64,000 bases of DNA, from the NCBI GenBank assembly GCA_030265395.1, contig JARFYF010000094.1, forward strand, positions 92,576,721 to 92,640,720. The letters are read 5' to 3'. The translations under genes and the position numbers were made by a program. This document shows, one piece after another, positions 24,800 to 37,776 of the stretch. The DNA is from Rhina ancylostomus (lineage: Eukaryota). Each line of letters begins with the position of its first letter. Position 1 is the stretch's first letter. The notes under the pieces are model-generated. The model saw only the letters and a list, made by a program, of their open reading frames with translations. It did not search any database and was not told the DNA's origin.

Positions 24800-26345
24800 G
24801 AGTCATCGAGCATATAGAACAGAAGTGGGTCCTTTGGCCCAACTTGTCCATGCCAACCATCTGCACCGATCTCACTTACCCTGTATTAGATCATATCCCT
24901 CTTCTCCTTTCCTATCCAAATGTTGTAATTGTTTCAGTCTCTACCATCTCCTCTGGCAGCTTGTTCCATATAACCACGACTCTCTGTGTGGAAACTCTCA
25001 GATCTCCTTTAAACTTCTCCTCTCTCACAAACCCGTGCCGTCTAGTTTTAAACTTCCTTGCCATGGGAAAAATACTCTATCTATGCTCCTAATAGTCTTA
25101 AAACCACAATATTTCACCCATCAGTTTCCTACATTCCAGTGAGAATAAACCCAGCCCATCCAATCTCTCCTTATAACTGTAGCTCTCCATTTCAGGCAGA
25201 ATCTTCTGCACTCTTTCTAATGTTACCACATCCTTCTCATGGTGTCCAAATACAGCTTAACCGATGCTTTTATGCAGCTGCAACATAATATCCCAACTCT
25301 TAAACTCAATGCCTCAGCCTATGGAGGCAAGCATACCAAATACCTTCATCAATACCCTATCGCCATTTTCAGAGAACTACGAACTTGCACCCCACGGTCT
25401 TTCTGTGCATCAACACTCTTAAGATCCCTGCTATTTACTGGATGCTTCACATCCCAAAATACATTACCTCACACTTGTCTGGATTAAGCTCTGTCTGCCA
25501 CCATCCTGCCCAACTTTTCAGCTGATCTATGACCCTCTGTATCCTTAGACAACCTTCTTCACTATGTACAACTCCATCCATTTTCATTTCATCAGCGAAC
25601 TTACTAATCAGACCACCTGCATTCTCATTTGTCATTTACTGTATATATTTATGACAAAAAAACAGAAGCTCTCACACTGATCCCTGCTATATACCACTCG
25701 TAAAAGACTTCTAGTCAGAGAAACAACTCTCCACCACAATCCTCTGCCTCTTATTACCCAGCCAATTTGGATCCAGTTTTCCAACACACCTCAGATCCCA
25801 TGTGCTGCAACCTCCTGGACCAACTTACTGTGCAGGGCCTTGTCAAAACCCTTGCCAAACATACCATGTCTACTGATCTGCCTTCATCAGTTTTCTTAGT
25901 TACCTCCTCAAAATAAACTCAAACAGATTTGTGAAACAGGGTTTCCCTGTACAAAACTCTGCTGGGTTCCCCTAATCAGTCCCTGCCTTTCCATGTGACT
26001 ATAAATCCTTTTCCTTAGATTTTTTCCAATAATTTCACTACCACTAATGTAAAGTTCACCAGCCTATAGTTTCCTGACTTAAACCCTACTTCCCTTTTTG
26101 AATAAGGGAACAAAATCTTCCAGTCTTCTGGTACATCGGCTGAGACTACCAAAGATGCAGAAGCCTCTGTCAGAGCTTCAGCAATCTTCTCCTTTGCTTC
26201 CCACAGCATCCTGGAATAGATTCCATCAAGCCCTGGGGATTTATCCACATTATAGTGTGCCAATATCTTTAACACTTCCACCTTCCTGATACAGACATGT
26301 TCAGAATATCAGTGTACCCCTCCCCTCACTCTCCATCCTCCACAT
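24800..26345 (-). mobile_element. CR1 LINE ORF2 (RT) 1.5-kb truncated copy
   Basis: DKSPGLDGIYSRMLWEAKEKIAEAL...VPEDWK...GNYRLVNFTLVVVKLLEKI; GLISKFADEMK...LNPDKCEVMYFG; multiple stops/frameshifts. Confidence 0.95.
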
Positions 26346-27299
26346 CCATTGAAATTGGAAATATTAAAGAATACTTTTGGACTGTATTAGATCAAGAAAG
26401 TCTGAGTGTTGATGCAATAGTAAATCAAATTGTTCTCCCATTATATAACTTGTATAGGAATCAGAACAGGTTGGTTTAATGTTGCTGTTTTGCTGTCATA
26501 TGCAGAATGAAACTTTTCAGACTAACCTAATTCACTCGCAGTAAAAATTCAGCAGGCAAAGAAACATGAATGAGATTCTATCACTTTACTATTCATTATT
26601 GTTTGGTGAACCCATCAAATTTCTCCCTTCTGCACAACGTTTAAAGAAAAATCAGGTAACAAGGATGTTGATGTATTTCCACTTTTAGGTATGGGAACCC
26701 CAGCTGACCAATTTGCATTCCAGTTGCCCTGTGATTTCTCCATACTGACCAAATGTAGCCAAATTGGAAAGCTTTCGTCTTCCAGCTCTAACATCCCTTA
26801 CCTTACAGAGTATCCAAATAATCAAAATAAGTTTCAAATGGATTTATTTTTAAATGCTTAGCGTACTGAAGCTTAAATTCTCCCCCAAACTGATGGAAAA
26901 AATTGAATTTTAATTTGAAAGTTTTTTTTCAATTTACCAAGCAAAACCATTTGCAACTTTTCACCAGGGAAGTTAATCAACTTGCCTTTGTTATACAACT
27001 GGTGGATACCAATGCAAAGTGCAGCAGATATTCTCCCATGTTATTCTTAAAAAGAGATACCGGAAATAAATCTTCACATTCTTACAACAGAGCAACCATT
27101 TCACATTCATTTAGTGATACTATTAATATTACAAAAACACTTAAAAAGCTATTCCATAGCCTTCTGATCTGGCACAATTGAGGTTTATACACTGAGGAAA
27201 ACTAGAGTCTGCACCTGGGCACAGAGCAAGAAAGCTTCACTGTCAAGGCTGTCATTTTGAAAAATTTGTGTTGATCAAGTTGTTAGTATCAAACCCGCT

Positions 27300-27620
27300 A
27301 GAGAAAATGTAACATCAACCTTAGCCTGTGCTGCCCTACCAGGCTTGGCAGCTTTTTGTTTATCTTAAGGTTGACTAAGCAGAACTCAAACATACTTATT
27401 CTAGTGGCTTCTTCTCAATGCATGCAAACAATCATTTTATTTCGAAAGCTCCACAAGAGCTTGCTCCCTAGCTTCTTTAATTTCAGGACATTATGCCTCA
27501 CTGCACAGAACGTTGCTAATTTGCAATCCCTTCTGAGGCGCTTATTCAATTAAATTTTGATAAAGATGAATTGCTTGCAATCTTTATGCTGTCTTTTCAT
27601 ATGGGATAGGAGGCCACTAT
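27300..27620. promoter_or_regulatory. Candidate conserved non-coding element
   Basis: Repeat-free, CpG-retaining, homeodomain/POU-like sites (GCTAATTTGCAAT, TCAATTAAAT). Confidence 0.35.
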
Positions 27621-29414
27621 AAATTGGAGGAACATTACATTTTCTCCAGATAGTTTATGGAGTGTTACTGTGTCCTCGTGGGGTGCAGCTGGCCTGAAAG
27701 ATTGTCAAAGAACTAAAGTTGCCACTTCCAAAATGCTGTTAGACTATTTTTGGATACTCATTTTCTTTTCAACCAATGCAATATGTGCACAATTAGAATC
27801 TATCGGGTTGTTTCGGAATACTCTCCACTATGATTGATGGCAAAGTAATAGCCTTTTATGTTTCTAGGTATATTACATAATTTTCTTACAAACTATATTA
27901 ATATTCAGCGGATAGTATTGTTTGATTAATCCATATCATTACTATTTTAACGGAAGCATTTCTAATTAAAATAAGTAGAATAGTTTCCATTTTAATGTAA
28001 CATAAGAATGTTACACCAGCACTTTGAGCTGAATTAACAACTCCAAAGGCACAGAAAGGTAGAAGAAATTCACAAAGATATGGATCTTTTTGGGTAGCTC
28101 AGCCAACAGGTGGCTTACACAGTTCAAAGTGGAGAAGTAAAAAAAGTCATGCAGCACCAAGGACTCAAGGGAAAGTATGAATCAATCCTCTATGAATATA
28201 TTGATAGAGTCATTAGGAAAATATTTATCTGTCAGAAAATAAAAGGACAAATTGGAGTGTTGTAAAATCAGTAAGAAGACAAACCAGCCAAAAGCATCGC
28301 ATTGTTGCTATATGTCTACACTCTATAATTAGCGTATTTGTGGATAGTTTGAATCAGCTAATTACAAGGATATTGCAGCCCGAGCTGGTAAAAGGGAAGG
28401 ACATGCCTGATTTTAAATGCTAGGAAGTTAATGACGACAACCTACTTTGTTATGGTGATATGTGTATCATTGGACCAGTATCTAAAGGTTAGCACTAGGA
28501 ATTTCCTTGAGGATTTTTTCAGTCAATTGTAAATTCCATGCAATTCCTATTTTCTAAAGAGCACTTGTGTTTCTGCTGGTATTGAAATGCTTGGATGACT
28601 CTATGAAAATGAGTTCAATTAATCAGATAATTTCGGGCCATGGAAACTTATAGATTGATGTAAACCTCTGCTGGTTTGAGAAAGGATGTGCCATCCCTAC
28701 CAAGTCCAAGTCACATTTACTTCCACTGTACTTCATGTGGTTCACTTAAATTTCCCTTTCAGGTGTACAAGTAAGATTTTCAATTGTAAACTGACCTCCT
28801 AAATGTTCAAGATGATCCACCAACAGCATCTCAACTGGGGTTGAGCAGGAAATATGGCTGTAGCAGTATCAACAGCATTTTGAGAATATTTTTAAATGTT
28901 TGATTTTTGTTTTAAGAGAGACTTTGTGGTTATCTGACAGATGATATCAAGATTACAAAGGTAATTATCAAAGTTGTCCTTTTGTAAAGAACTTTGATTC
29001 CGGACTGGGTAAAAAAACAATCAAGATAATAGGATTGAGAAAGAAGATCGAGAGGAGGGTAATGCAAACTTGTGGAGTGGTTGGTCTGATGATGGCTGAT
29101 GGATCTTTCACTTCGCTGGGTGCGGGTTATGGTTCCTAATGCCAAAGTAAGAATGAGTGTCAGTAAAAATACCAAAGGATAGTTGTTGACATATCTGAAT
29201 TCTCATTGTTAAACCGAGAAGCAGCTGTTGGTGTAATGAATATCTGGGTTACAGTGGAAATGTTCCATATGGCACAGTGAGCCAGAATGACTCAAAAGCA
29301 GACACCAGTAGATTTTGTGGGGTTATCCAAATTAGTATTTCATTGTCATGCTCATAATTGGAATGACAATAGTGCTGACAAAAAAAGTAATATTCACTTA
29401 AGCTCGAGGCCCAT

Positions 29415-29670
29415 ATCACAGTGCAAGACTCAAGAAGTTTAACATCGGCTTTGGGCTTGCAGGGACCACCAGATCACGTGTCACACACCACCCTTACTTG
29501 GAAATATATTGCCTTGCAGGTGAACAGAAGTGCTGAAACTCTTACTGTACTAGTAGGGGTGGTAACTTCACCACAGGGGCTACCATAACCACCCTATCAA
29601 AGGCAGTTGGAGATGAACATAAATGCTGCCCTACCCAGAATCATTCTCCTCCCATAAGTTAATAAAACAT
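29415..29670 (+). mobile_element. CR1/L2-group LINE 3' fragment
   Basis: gtcacacaccacccttacttggaaatatattgcc...ggcagttggagatgaacataaatgctg; same family as 4640-4960. Confidence 0.6.
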
Positions 29671-29917
29671 GGACACTAATCATTAAATGTAATTGGTGAA
29701 ATGCATGCTGCATCAAAAACCTGAAGATAAACCTTCACGTATGCTCTCTAACTCTTGCTACTTCTGCCTGGCTCCTGAACCATTTGATGAAATACAGCTG
29801 ATATCTCATATGAAAATACAAATGCCCAATTGCAATTGTATTACAAAAATAACCATCAGCTCCCTGCTAATACCTGATTCTCCCTTTGCCACTAACCATG
29901 GATTGCAAGTGCTTATT

Positions 29918-30280
29918 GGGTACGGTGGTGACATGGTGGTCAAATTACTGAATTAATAATCCAGAGGCTTCAACTAACAATCCAGAGATGTGAATACAAG
30001 TTCCACATGTCAGATGTGGAATGTAAATCCAGTTAATAGTCAGCAACTTAAAAAAAAACTAGTTTTAGGAATAATGATGACAATACTACCAGATTATTAT
30101 AAAACCATTTGGTTGGGTCATGTCCTTCAGATGAAGAATTCTACTGTCCTTACCCATTTTGGCCTACACGTGACTCCAAAATCACCATGTGGTAGACTGT
30201 GAAATGTCCTCTGAAATAGCCTAAGAAGGCACTTAGTTCAAGGGTAATGCCAACATTCCAAAAGATAAAATAATAAAACT
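29918..30280 (+). mobile_element. tRNA-derived SINE sharing a LINE 3' tail
   Basis: Head ggtggtgacatggtggtcaaattactgaattaataatccagagg; body gtccttacccattttggcctacacgtgactcca...gtcctctgaaatagcctaag; A-rich end. Confidence 0.65.
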
Positions 30281-30889
30281 CTTCCTAAGTCTCTAACAAC
30301 CTTCCCTCCTCCTGTCACCCTGCTCAACTCTCCATTATACTAACAGCATTCTCTTTCCACACAATGTAGGTTTACTCTATGGACATTCCACCACTGTAAC
30401 GTGGCAGTTCTCCTCAGCCATGGTCCAATTATCCCCATCCTCTATCCACACTTGGCCGGTGGAGTGCATTCACTCTTGATTGACTAACTCAATAAATAAA
30501 TACATAGCCCTGTGTTTCTCTTTAAAGAGTGGTTGAGCTATGGGTTGGAAGGGAATGCCAAAAAACAAAACTCAAAAAAGAACTAGATACATGAAACCAG
30601 AAGCCATCCACTGTCAATGATCTAGACAGAAACAATTAGAATTTAGAAGACAGATAAAGAAAGATTAAGAAGTCTTTTTATTTCCCCAAATCCCACCTCC
30701 AGGCCAGTGTGATGGAGAATGAATCAGCACTGGTAAAATCTAACCTTCTTGAATCATCCTAATACTACTCTTGGCACATCTGAAAAAATACCACAATGCT
30801 CATTAACAGTCAGAGAAGGGTCAAAAGGCACTTCTGAACATGCATATTTCTTTCTGTTTTTCTTCATGCCTGCAATGTGTGTGTTGTTA

Positions 30890-31095
30890 AAAATGCCAGC
30901 ATTTATTGACCATCCACGATTCCATGTAGGAACAACACCCACATTGCAGGAGTGAACAAAATGGCACTGTAGTCTATCTAATGAAGGATATTCCCACCAA
31001 ACTGTTGGGCAAGGAGTTCCAGGATTTTGACCCAGTAATTATGAAAACGAGAGCAATGTAGCTCCACGTCAGGATGGAGTATGACTTTGAAAGAA
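30890..31095 (-). mobile_element. CR1/L2-group LINE 3' fragment
   Basis: gccagcatttattgaccatcc...ctgttgggcaaggagttccaggattttgacccag...gtcaggatgg. Confidence 0.65.
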
Positions 31096-31114
31096 AGAAA
31101 AGAAAATTGGACAC

Positions 31115-31680
31115 ATATCACCTCACGATGTGCTCAAGCCAACAAAACATTGTCTACACATCCATGTGCCTGTCTAAGAACCTCTTAAATGCCTCTGTTG
31201 TATTTTCCTCCCCCACCACCCCTGGCAGCGCATACGAGGCACCCTCTGTGTAAAATAAAAACTTGCCCTGCACATCTCCTTTGAACTTACCCGCTCTCAC
31301 CTTAAATGCATCCCTCTAGTATTAGACTTTTGACACCGGGGAAAAGATACTGGCTGCTTACTTCTATTAGGTCTCTCCTCAGCCTCCACCACTTCAGAGG
31401 AAATATCCCAAGTTTGCCCATCCTCTCCTCATAGCACATGCCCTCTAATCCAGCCAGCATCTTGGTAAACCTCCACTGCACCCTCTCCAAAGCTTCCACA
31501 TCCTTCCTATAATGGGGCAATCAGAATTGAATGCAATACTCCAGATGCAGCCTAATCAGAGTTTTATAAATCTGCAATATAACTTGTGACTCTTGAACTC
31601 AGTGCCTCAACTAATAAAGGCAAGCATGCCATCTGCCTTCTTTACTGCCCTATCAACTTGTGCAGCCAATTTCAAGGGGA
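31115..31680 (-). mobile_element. CR1 LINE ORF2 3' fragment
   Basis: PHYRKDVEALERVQWRFTKMLAGLEGMCYEERMGKLGIFPLKWWRLRRDLIEV. Confidence 0.95.
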
Positions 31681-31789
31681 AAGACCCTTTGAAGACCTGT
31701 GGAGTATTTCCATCATTTTCTGTTTTGATTTCAGAGTTCCAGCATCAACAGTATTTCAGTTTGTAATTAAGTAAATTTTGAAGGCTTGT

Positions 31790-31965
31790 CACTGTTCTCC
31801 TGCAGCCAATTTGCACACAGCAAGCATTCACAAACAAATATGATGTTGACTAGACAGTCTGTTTTAATGGTGTTAATTGAGGGATAAACATTGACTTGGA
31901 CACTAAGGATAAATCCCTTGATTTTCTTCAAAATAACTTCTTGAGATTTCTCACATTTCACCAGT
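31790..31965 (-). mobile_element. Deu-domain SINE (SacSINE1-like)
   Basis: gcagccaatttgcacacagcaagc...tctgttttaatggtgttaattgagggataaacattgacttggacac. Confidence 0.75.
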
Positions 31966-33962
31966 GGGGAGAGTGAAATGCCACAGGCCTCATCAATTCA
32001 GTCTCTCCTCTTGCACTTTCCCTCTTCCCAGTGAAGATTTGTTGCAGAAATTATGAGCAGATTATATCCTTCCTTCGATAAGGAGATCAAACTGTACAGA
32101 GTATTCCAGGTGTGGTCTCCACAATTTAGCTGCAGCAAGATTTCCTTAATACATTATCCCCTAATTTTCTTTGCTCCATCAGAAACCACACAAGACTGAC
32201 GTGCTTGTGTAACATTTGCTATTGGTTTAAATAATACTCATTCAATGCTCTGATATTCAGAACACAATGACATAGACCCATGCTCCCTTGGAAGATGTTA
32301 AAGATTAACAGTAAGGTGAGTAACACTGAGACTTCATGCGATGAGAAGAATCTGAGTCATACAAAAGCCAAAGCACTGAACCCTGGTAGGTTCAATGCTC
32401 ACCTAAGTAATCTAGCTGTGGGAAATGTTTTGCAAGAGTCTCACACACAGCGTTAAGTAGGTATGAATGAGAAACATGGTTCTCTACTGCCCCTAGATAT
32501 CACAGGAGGACTGAGCAGCAGTATACTTCGCAGCATGGAGGAAATCAAGCAATTAAAGGACAGGAAAAGCAGACATCAACTTCATGGGGAGTCATGACCC
32601 TCCATCCCAAGAAAGAAAGAATTACATTGATATTTTAACTGAGCTGAATTATGATTCTTTCCGTTAATGCACACGAGAAATGTCTGTCACGCCAACTATA
32701 CAGCAGACTTACAGAGCTGCCAGACAAGATGCAACCTGTAAGTTATCTAACTGCTCCCTTTCTAACACTCTTGATTTTGTTTAATACTGTGGTACTCCTT
32801 CAAGAGGATCAACTCTTTCAAGACGAAAGGACATGAATTGAGCTTTTATTCTCTAAACATGAGGNNNNNNNNNNTTCAGGTTACATGTAGGATGACTAAA
32901 TGAATGCCCAATTCACAGAATATTTATATACTGGTATTCAAGCATTACGTATATAAATATAAAACACTTCAATCTGTTTGTTTTAGAATTTTTAAAAGAA
33001 ATTATGGTTGGTTAACAATATAGTAATTGTATTTGGGCACTATGTAAAGCCAATAAAATGGCCTAGTGACCTAGACGTTGAAAGGTTCAAATAACACTAC
33101 CAGTGTGTTGGGGGGTTTGGATGGGTGGTAGGGGGAACAGGGAAGAAAAGGAAAGGAGAGCCAGAGACACTAAAAATGCAACCCCTGGTTTAAATTGAAT
33201 CTTTCAAAATGCACCCCAAAGCTAAATGGCATCAATCGTTATCCATCAGGACGTTTTGAGGAGAATAAGCATTGAATGATCTTTCTCAGGACCAGTAAAT
33301 GGAAACTCTCAACAATGCACAGATCTTTAGCCTTTTGGGGTAGTGTTTGAATTAGTTCTGGAACACTGCACACTGATGACCATTGAGGGATAATTCAATG
33401 AGGTCCTTTACTGTGTTCCTTTTTTCGGTGAGTTATCACTTGTCTGAGCAGCGCAAAGAGCCTCCACACCCAATGCATAAATTAGGTTTGCTCCACTACT
33501 TTTCATACAGTTTGACAATTTACACCCTAAATCTTCTGTAAAAGTCATTAAGTGTTTAAAGTTTGGTTTAAATTATTGCTCTTCTACTTGATTGTAGTTC
33601 AAATCAAAAGAAAGAGCAACAACAATGAGAAGGCAGCGGTGCCACTCATGAGCAAACAGTGCGGAATGATTAGGTCGAGATTCTAGATTGTGCTGCTCAC
33701 CTTCTCCATTTGTATTACGCCTAACAGAGCTTCAGAAAGAAAGAAGCTGTTCCTCAAGAACACACCTGCTCGTACAAATCCATCTGATAGCATTTACTTC
33801 AAATGGAATTAGTCCTTCCCATGGAAACCACATGCAACTGGTTACAGTATCAAGAAAGAATTGATGTTCAGCAGAATCAGTTACCTCTGATAATAGAAAG
33901 TTGACCCTGGAGTGTTAGATTAGTCATCTGGCCTGCCACTTTGCAACAGATGAACAAGAAAA

Positions 33963-34092
33963 CCACATTCCAAAGACGTACTGGTAGGTTAATTTGGGGT
34001 TTAAAAAAATGGGCGGTGTGGACTCGTTGGGCTGGAAGGGCCTGTTACCACACTGTAAATAAAAGTTTTAAAAAATTAAATTTAATTTAAAA
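33963..34092 (+). mobile_element. Young V-SINE 3' half
   Basis: ccacattccaaagacgtactggtaggttaatttggggtttaaaa..gggcctgttaccacactgtaaataaaa; near-identical to 48698-48795. Confidence 0.85.
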
Positions 34093-35257
34093 TGCACTGG
34101 AGTTCACCTACAAAAACTGCTGCCCTCTAGTTTCCAGGCTATGGGCACACTCTCACTATCCCAGGCTATTGCCTTTTGCTTTCATCTTTTAAGGTCTCTG
34201 TCAAATTTATCACAAAAGAAGATCCTGCACTCGGGTTTGGTTACATTCAGCTATAAGTATAATAGTTGTATCATTTTGCAAAAAGGTAACACAATAAAGA
34301 ATAATTATCTTCATGTTACACAAGCCAATGCATCTGAGTCAGTAGGCTGGATACAAACTGTTAGCAATGAACTTCATATCATTGAGATACTTATGCTTTT
34401 TAAACAGTAACCCAATGTTACTCAAAATATTATATTTGTTCACCTAATATCTCCATGCATTGCCAACTGGATAATTTTTATTTTGAAAACATTTAAGAGT
34501 CGAAGTAACTCCAGACCATGAATCATCAGCTCTGGAGTTAACCACAAGTATTAATGAGAGACCTTACTGACCCTGTGGTTTCTGGAGGGCAAGAAAGAAA
34601 ACCATTCCCCTTTTAAGCCTATTCACTTTTGCTGGGAGCAGATCACATTTCAAATATTGGTGACTCTAGCCTCAAACTTAGATGGAGAATGTTCAGATGT
34701 ACAGAAATTTCCATAGCTCTCCTTGATACAAAGAGTGTCATTTCCATATGATACCCATCCAGTGTAGATACCCTGCCTATTTTATCGACTAATAATCTGC
34801 ACCATAAGGAAAACAGCAAGGCACGAACTCACCAGGTATCAACCTCCTTACTGTGCAGCCCTCTTCGGCAAATATAAGACTCTCCTTTGCCCCTTTCAGT
34901 CAATCAAGTTTTTGAATGACTAAGTTTTCCAACACAGGAGGTGAAAATCAAAACCCTAAATTATCTTGAGGAACATTTGTTTATTAGTTGTATTTTCTTT
35001 TACAAGATTGCATAAGTTTTTCCCTATAACTTTATAGATTTCCATTCCATAGAACATATTATTTGTTGATTTTGGATATAAAAATTATTCTCCTTGATAG
35101 GTTTCTTTGTGAAATACTCTTCCCTCTGATAATATTACTTTGAAAGCATTCTAATGCAGCTCCAAGAAGGAGGATTTTTCTCTCCCAAACTTCCTACAGG
35201 GACATCTCCTTTGTTCAATTGTTCTCTTCGACACTTTTTTCTGGATCATAAACTTAC

Positions 35258-35317
35258 CAGCACAGACAATTGTGCACCCAGATCTGAATGCCTCATCATT
35301 GTGAACCAATCCTGGAC
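35258..35317 (-). other. Candidate isolated 60-nt exon
   Basis: Minus strand tttctgtgcag|GTCC...GCTG|gtaagt; length divisible by 3, two frames open; product not recognised. Confidence 0.25.
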
Positions 35318-35756
35318 CTGCACAGAAATTACTTTCCATTTTCAGCCTCATTTACCAAATTTGCACCACTGCCTCTGTGCTGTCCCCACCTTTGTTAATC
35401 CTGCAAAAGACCTCTTGTTTGAAGGGCCATGCTGTGTCCCTACAGTTTTGCTGATTTTAGGGGGATTTTTTTAGCAATGCTTTTGTCTCATGGGACTTTA
35501 AAATCACTTTTCAGTGTGATAGTTGAATAACTTTCCTCTCTGATGGAACTGCACTTCACAATTCCTTTTTACAATGGAGCAGCTACATCTCCATAAATAG
35601 ATTCTCCTTCATGATCTTTAGTTATCCTAGCCTACCCCAAGACTCCATTCTTGGTTACCTCTTCCCCAGCATCTGAATTCAACCACTCAGTGTTAGAAAC
35701 CGCCAGAACAATGTCAGTTTCCATGGGTACACAGGCAATGGAGGTGAAAGACACTT

Positions 35757-36090
35757 GGGCAGCACAGCAGTTAGTTCTCCTGCTGCACAGCTCCAGTGAT
35801 CCTGGCTTCAGATGCTCTCTGTGAAGAGTCTGTGCGGTCTCCCTATCACCACAGAGGTTCTTCAGGACACTCCATTTCTTCCCACATCCCAAAAATGTGC
35901 TGGTTGGTTAACTGGCTATTGTAAATTGCCCCTAGTGTAGACGGGTGGCAGGAGAATTGGAGGGAATTGATAGATATGTAAGATAGAGTAGATTAGTGGG
36001 AAATAGTTAGCAGAAAGAGACTGACAGGATTGCTCTAGAGCTGGCATGGATTTGATCGGCTGTGACTTCTTATGATGTAAAAATATGAAA
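35757..36090 (+). mobile_element. HE1/V-SINE
   Basis: gggcagcacagcagttagtt..cacagctccagtgatcctgg head; ccacatcccaaa..ggttaactggctattgtaaattgccctagtgtag. Confidence 0.8.
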
Positions 36091-37399
36091 AATGAAAAAA
36101 AAGCAAGTTTGGCCTTCCAATGTCTCCATGGTTATTGTTTGTATTATCTGATTATTTATTACATACCAAGTTAAAACTACGTACAAGGAGGTTTGCCCAG
36201 CAAACATACACTTGTTTCTATTGATTTGAAAGTCACAGTCAGGGTCACCCTCACTCTCTGAAATTTGCATCAGGATGCTTGGAGGCCATCTTTGCTGAGA
36301 TATGCCACAAATAGATACCTTGCTGCTCACTGTTAAAGTTGCAGAAGTCAGTAGAAGATCTACTGGCAAAGTGGAGAGCCTTCACATTTTGATAAATGCA
36401 ACATTTATATTCAGAACTTGAAGGGGCACTTGGCTGCCTTACTGTATGGGGCTCCCAGATGTATAAGTGTTCATAAAAGACACTCATAATCTTACAAGGA
36501 AGCTGCCTCCTGTATGCACTGTTCTTTGGAGGCATTTGCTCCCAGGGTGGCAGAGGACTCTCCCACTCCTCCTCCCATCAGCATAGCACCCACTCATGCA
36601 GTGCCATAACTCCCCACTACCTGAAAAGGATTCTGTTCCATTGTGTTATGACCCTTTGCTTTCTCAAGTGAATGGTAAGAGGAAAGTTGCCAGTAATGCA
36701 GGAAGTTTTCCCCTTACTTCCCTCTCTTCCTGAAGCAGCAATTGTTCAGCGACAGAATCCACTCGTCCTGCTTTGGAATTGGCACTAAGGATNNNNNNNN
36801 NNNNNNNNNNNNNNNNNNNNNNNNNNNNNNNNNNNNNNNNNNNNNNNNNNNNNNNNNNNNNNNNNNNNNNNNNNNNNNNNNNNNNNNNNNNNTTTAAGAT
36901 TTTTTAAAATAGGATTGGGAAGATTGTAAATTAAGTTTTAATGCCAGAGAAACAGTAGCTTTAATTGAACATTGAAAATGTCACATTAGCAATAATGCAG
37001 GCAACACACTTTCTACAGATCTCCAATATGCACAGAGGAAACACCAAGATAAATGCAGGAAAGAGAGTAGGATCAAGCAATGGAATCTATAATCATTAAG
37101 TCTTCATGAGCAAATCTAGCTTCCATAGTTTACAGTGGCATCTGTACTCAAATATTTAACTGTTTTATTGTTTCTAGGTTACCTTTCATGGAACATTCTC
37201 TTTCATGCTGAACTATAGGGATAGAAATTATACTTGCATCCTATAAATTTTCAAGAAAAATATTAGAGAAATATTTATGTAAAACCTTATTATGTCTCTT
37301 GGTAATATCCTGAACTACTTCATCAATTAGTTAGAAGGTGCTGCATCAGGAACGAACACATCAGTAAATATTCACAAAGCACAACGTCAGGTCTTGCAG

Positions 37400-37670
37400 C
37401 TGGATGTTGAATTAATCAGTGTGGGTGATACTTGTCAGGAAGGATTATTGGGCAGAATATTGGGAGAACTTTCTGAACTTCATTCAATGCTGTCACTGGG
37501 TCTTCAATGCTGACCTGAAGCACAAGAAGCATCTTACCAACTGATCTAAAGACAAAACCTCAGAGTTCAGCCCTTTCAATGTACACTGGAGCATCAGTCG
37601 AGGTTCACGTGGCTTTGAACCCACAACATTCTGCCTCATGAGGAAAGAGTGCAACCAAATAGTTGAAGCT
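37400..37670 (-). mobile_element. Decayed Deu-domain SINE
   Basis: ggattattgggcagaatattgggagaact...ttgaacccacaacattctgcctcatgaggaaagagtgc. Confidence 0.6.
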
Positions 37671-37776
37671 CTGGAAAGCAGAACTGGGTAAAGTTACATC
37701 TGGATACAAATGTTCTCCTAGAATAATGCTGGGTTAGTTGTTTGGTCCAGGATTTCTGCCACCTTCTACTGAAGCT

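Noticed and set aside
28750-28778. ttccctttcag|GTGTACAA|gtaaga possible 8-nt microexon
   Set aside because: Frame-shifting length and no supporting gene context
29272-29300. CACAGTG + 12 bp + TCAAAAGCA, a possible V(D)J recombination signal
   Set aside because: Nonamer matches only 6/9 and there is no adjacent V, D or J coding segment; other CACAGTG sites lack nonamers
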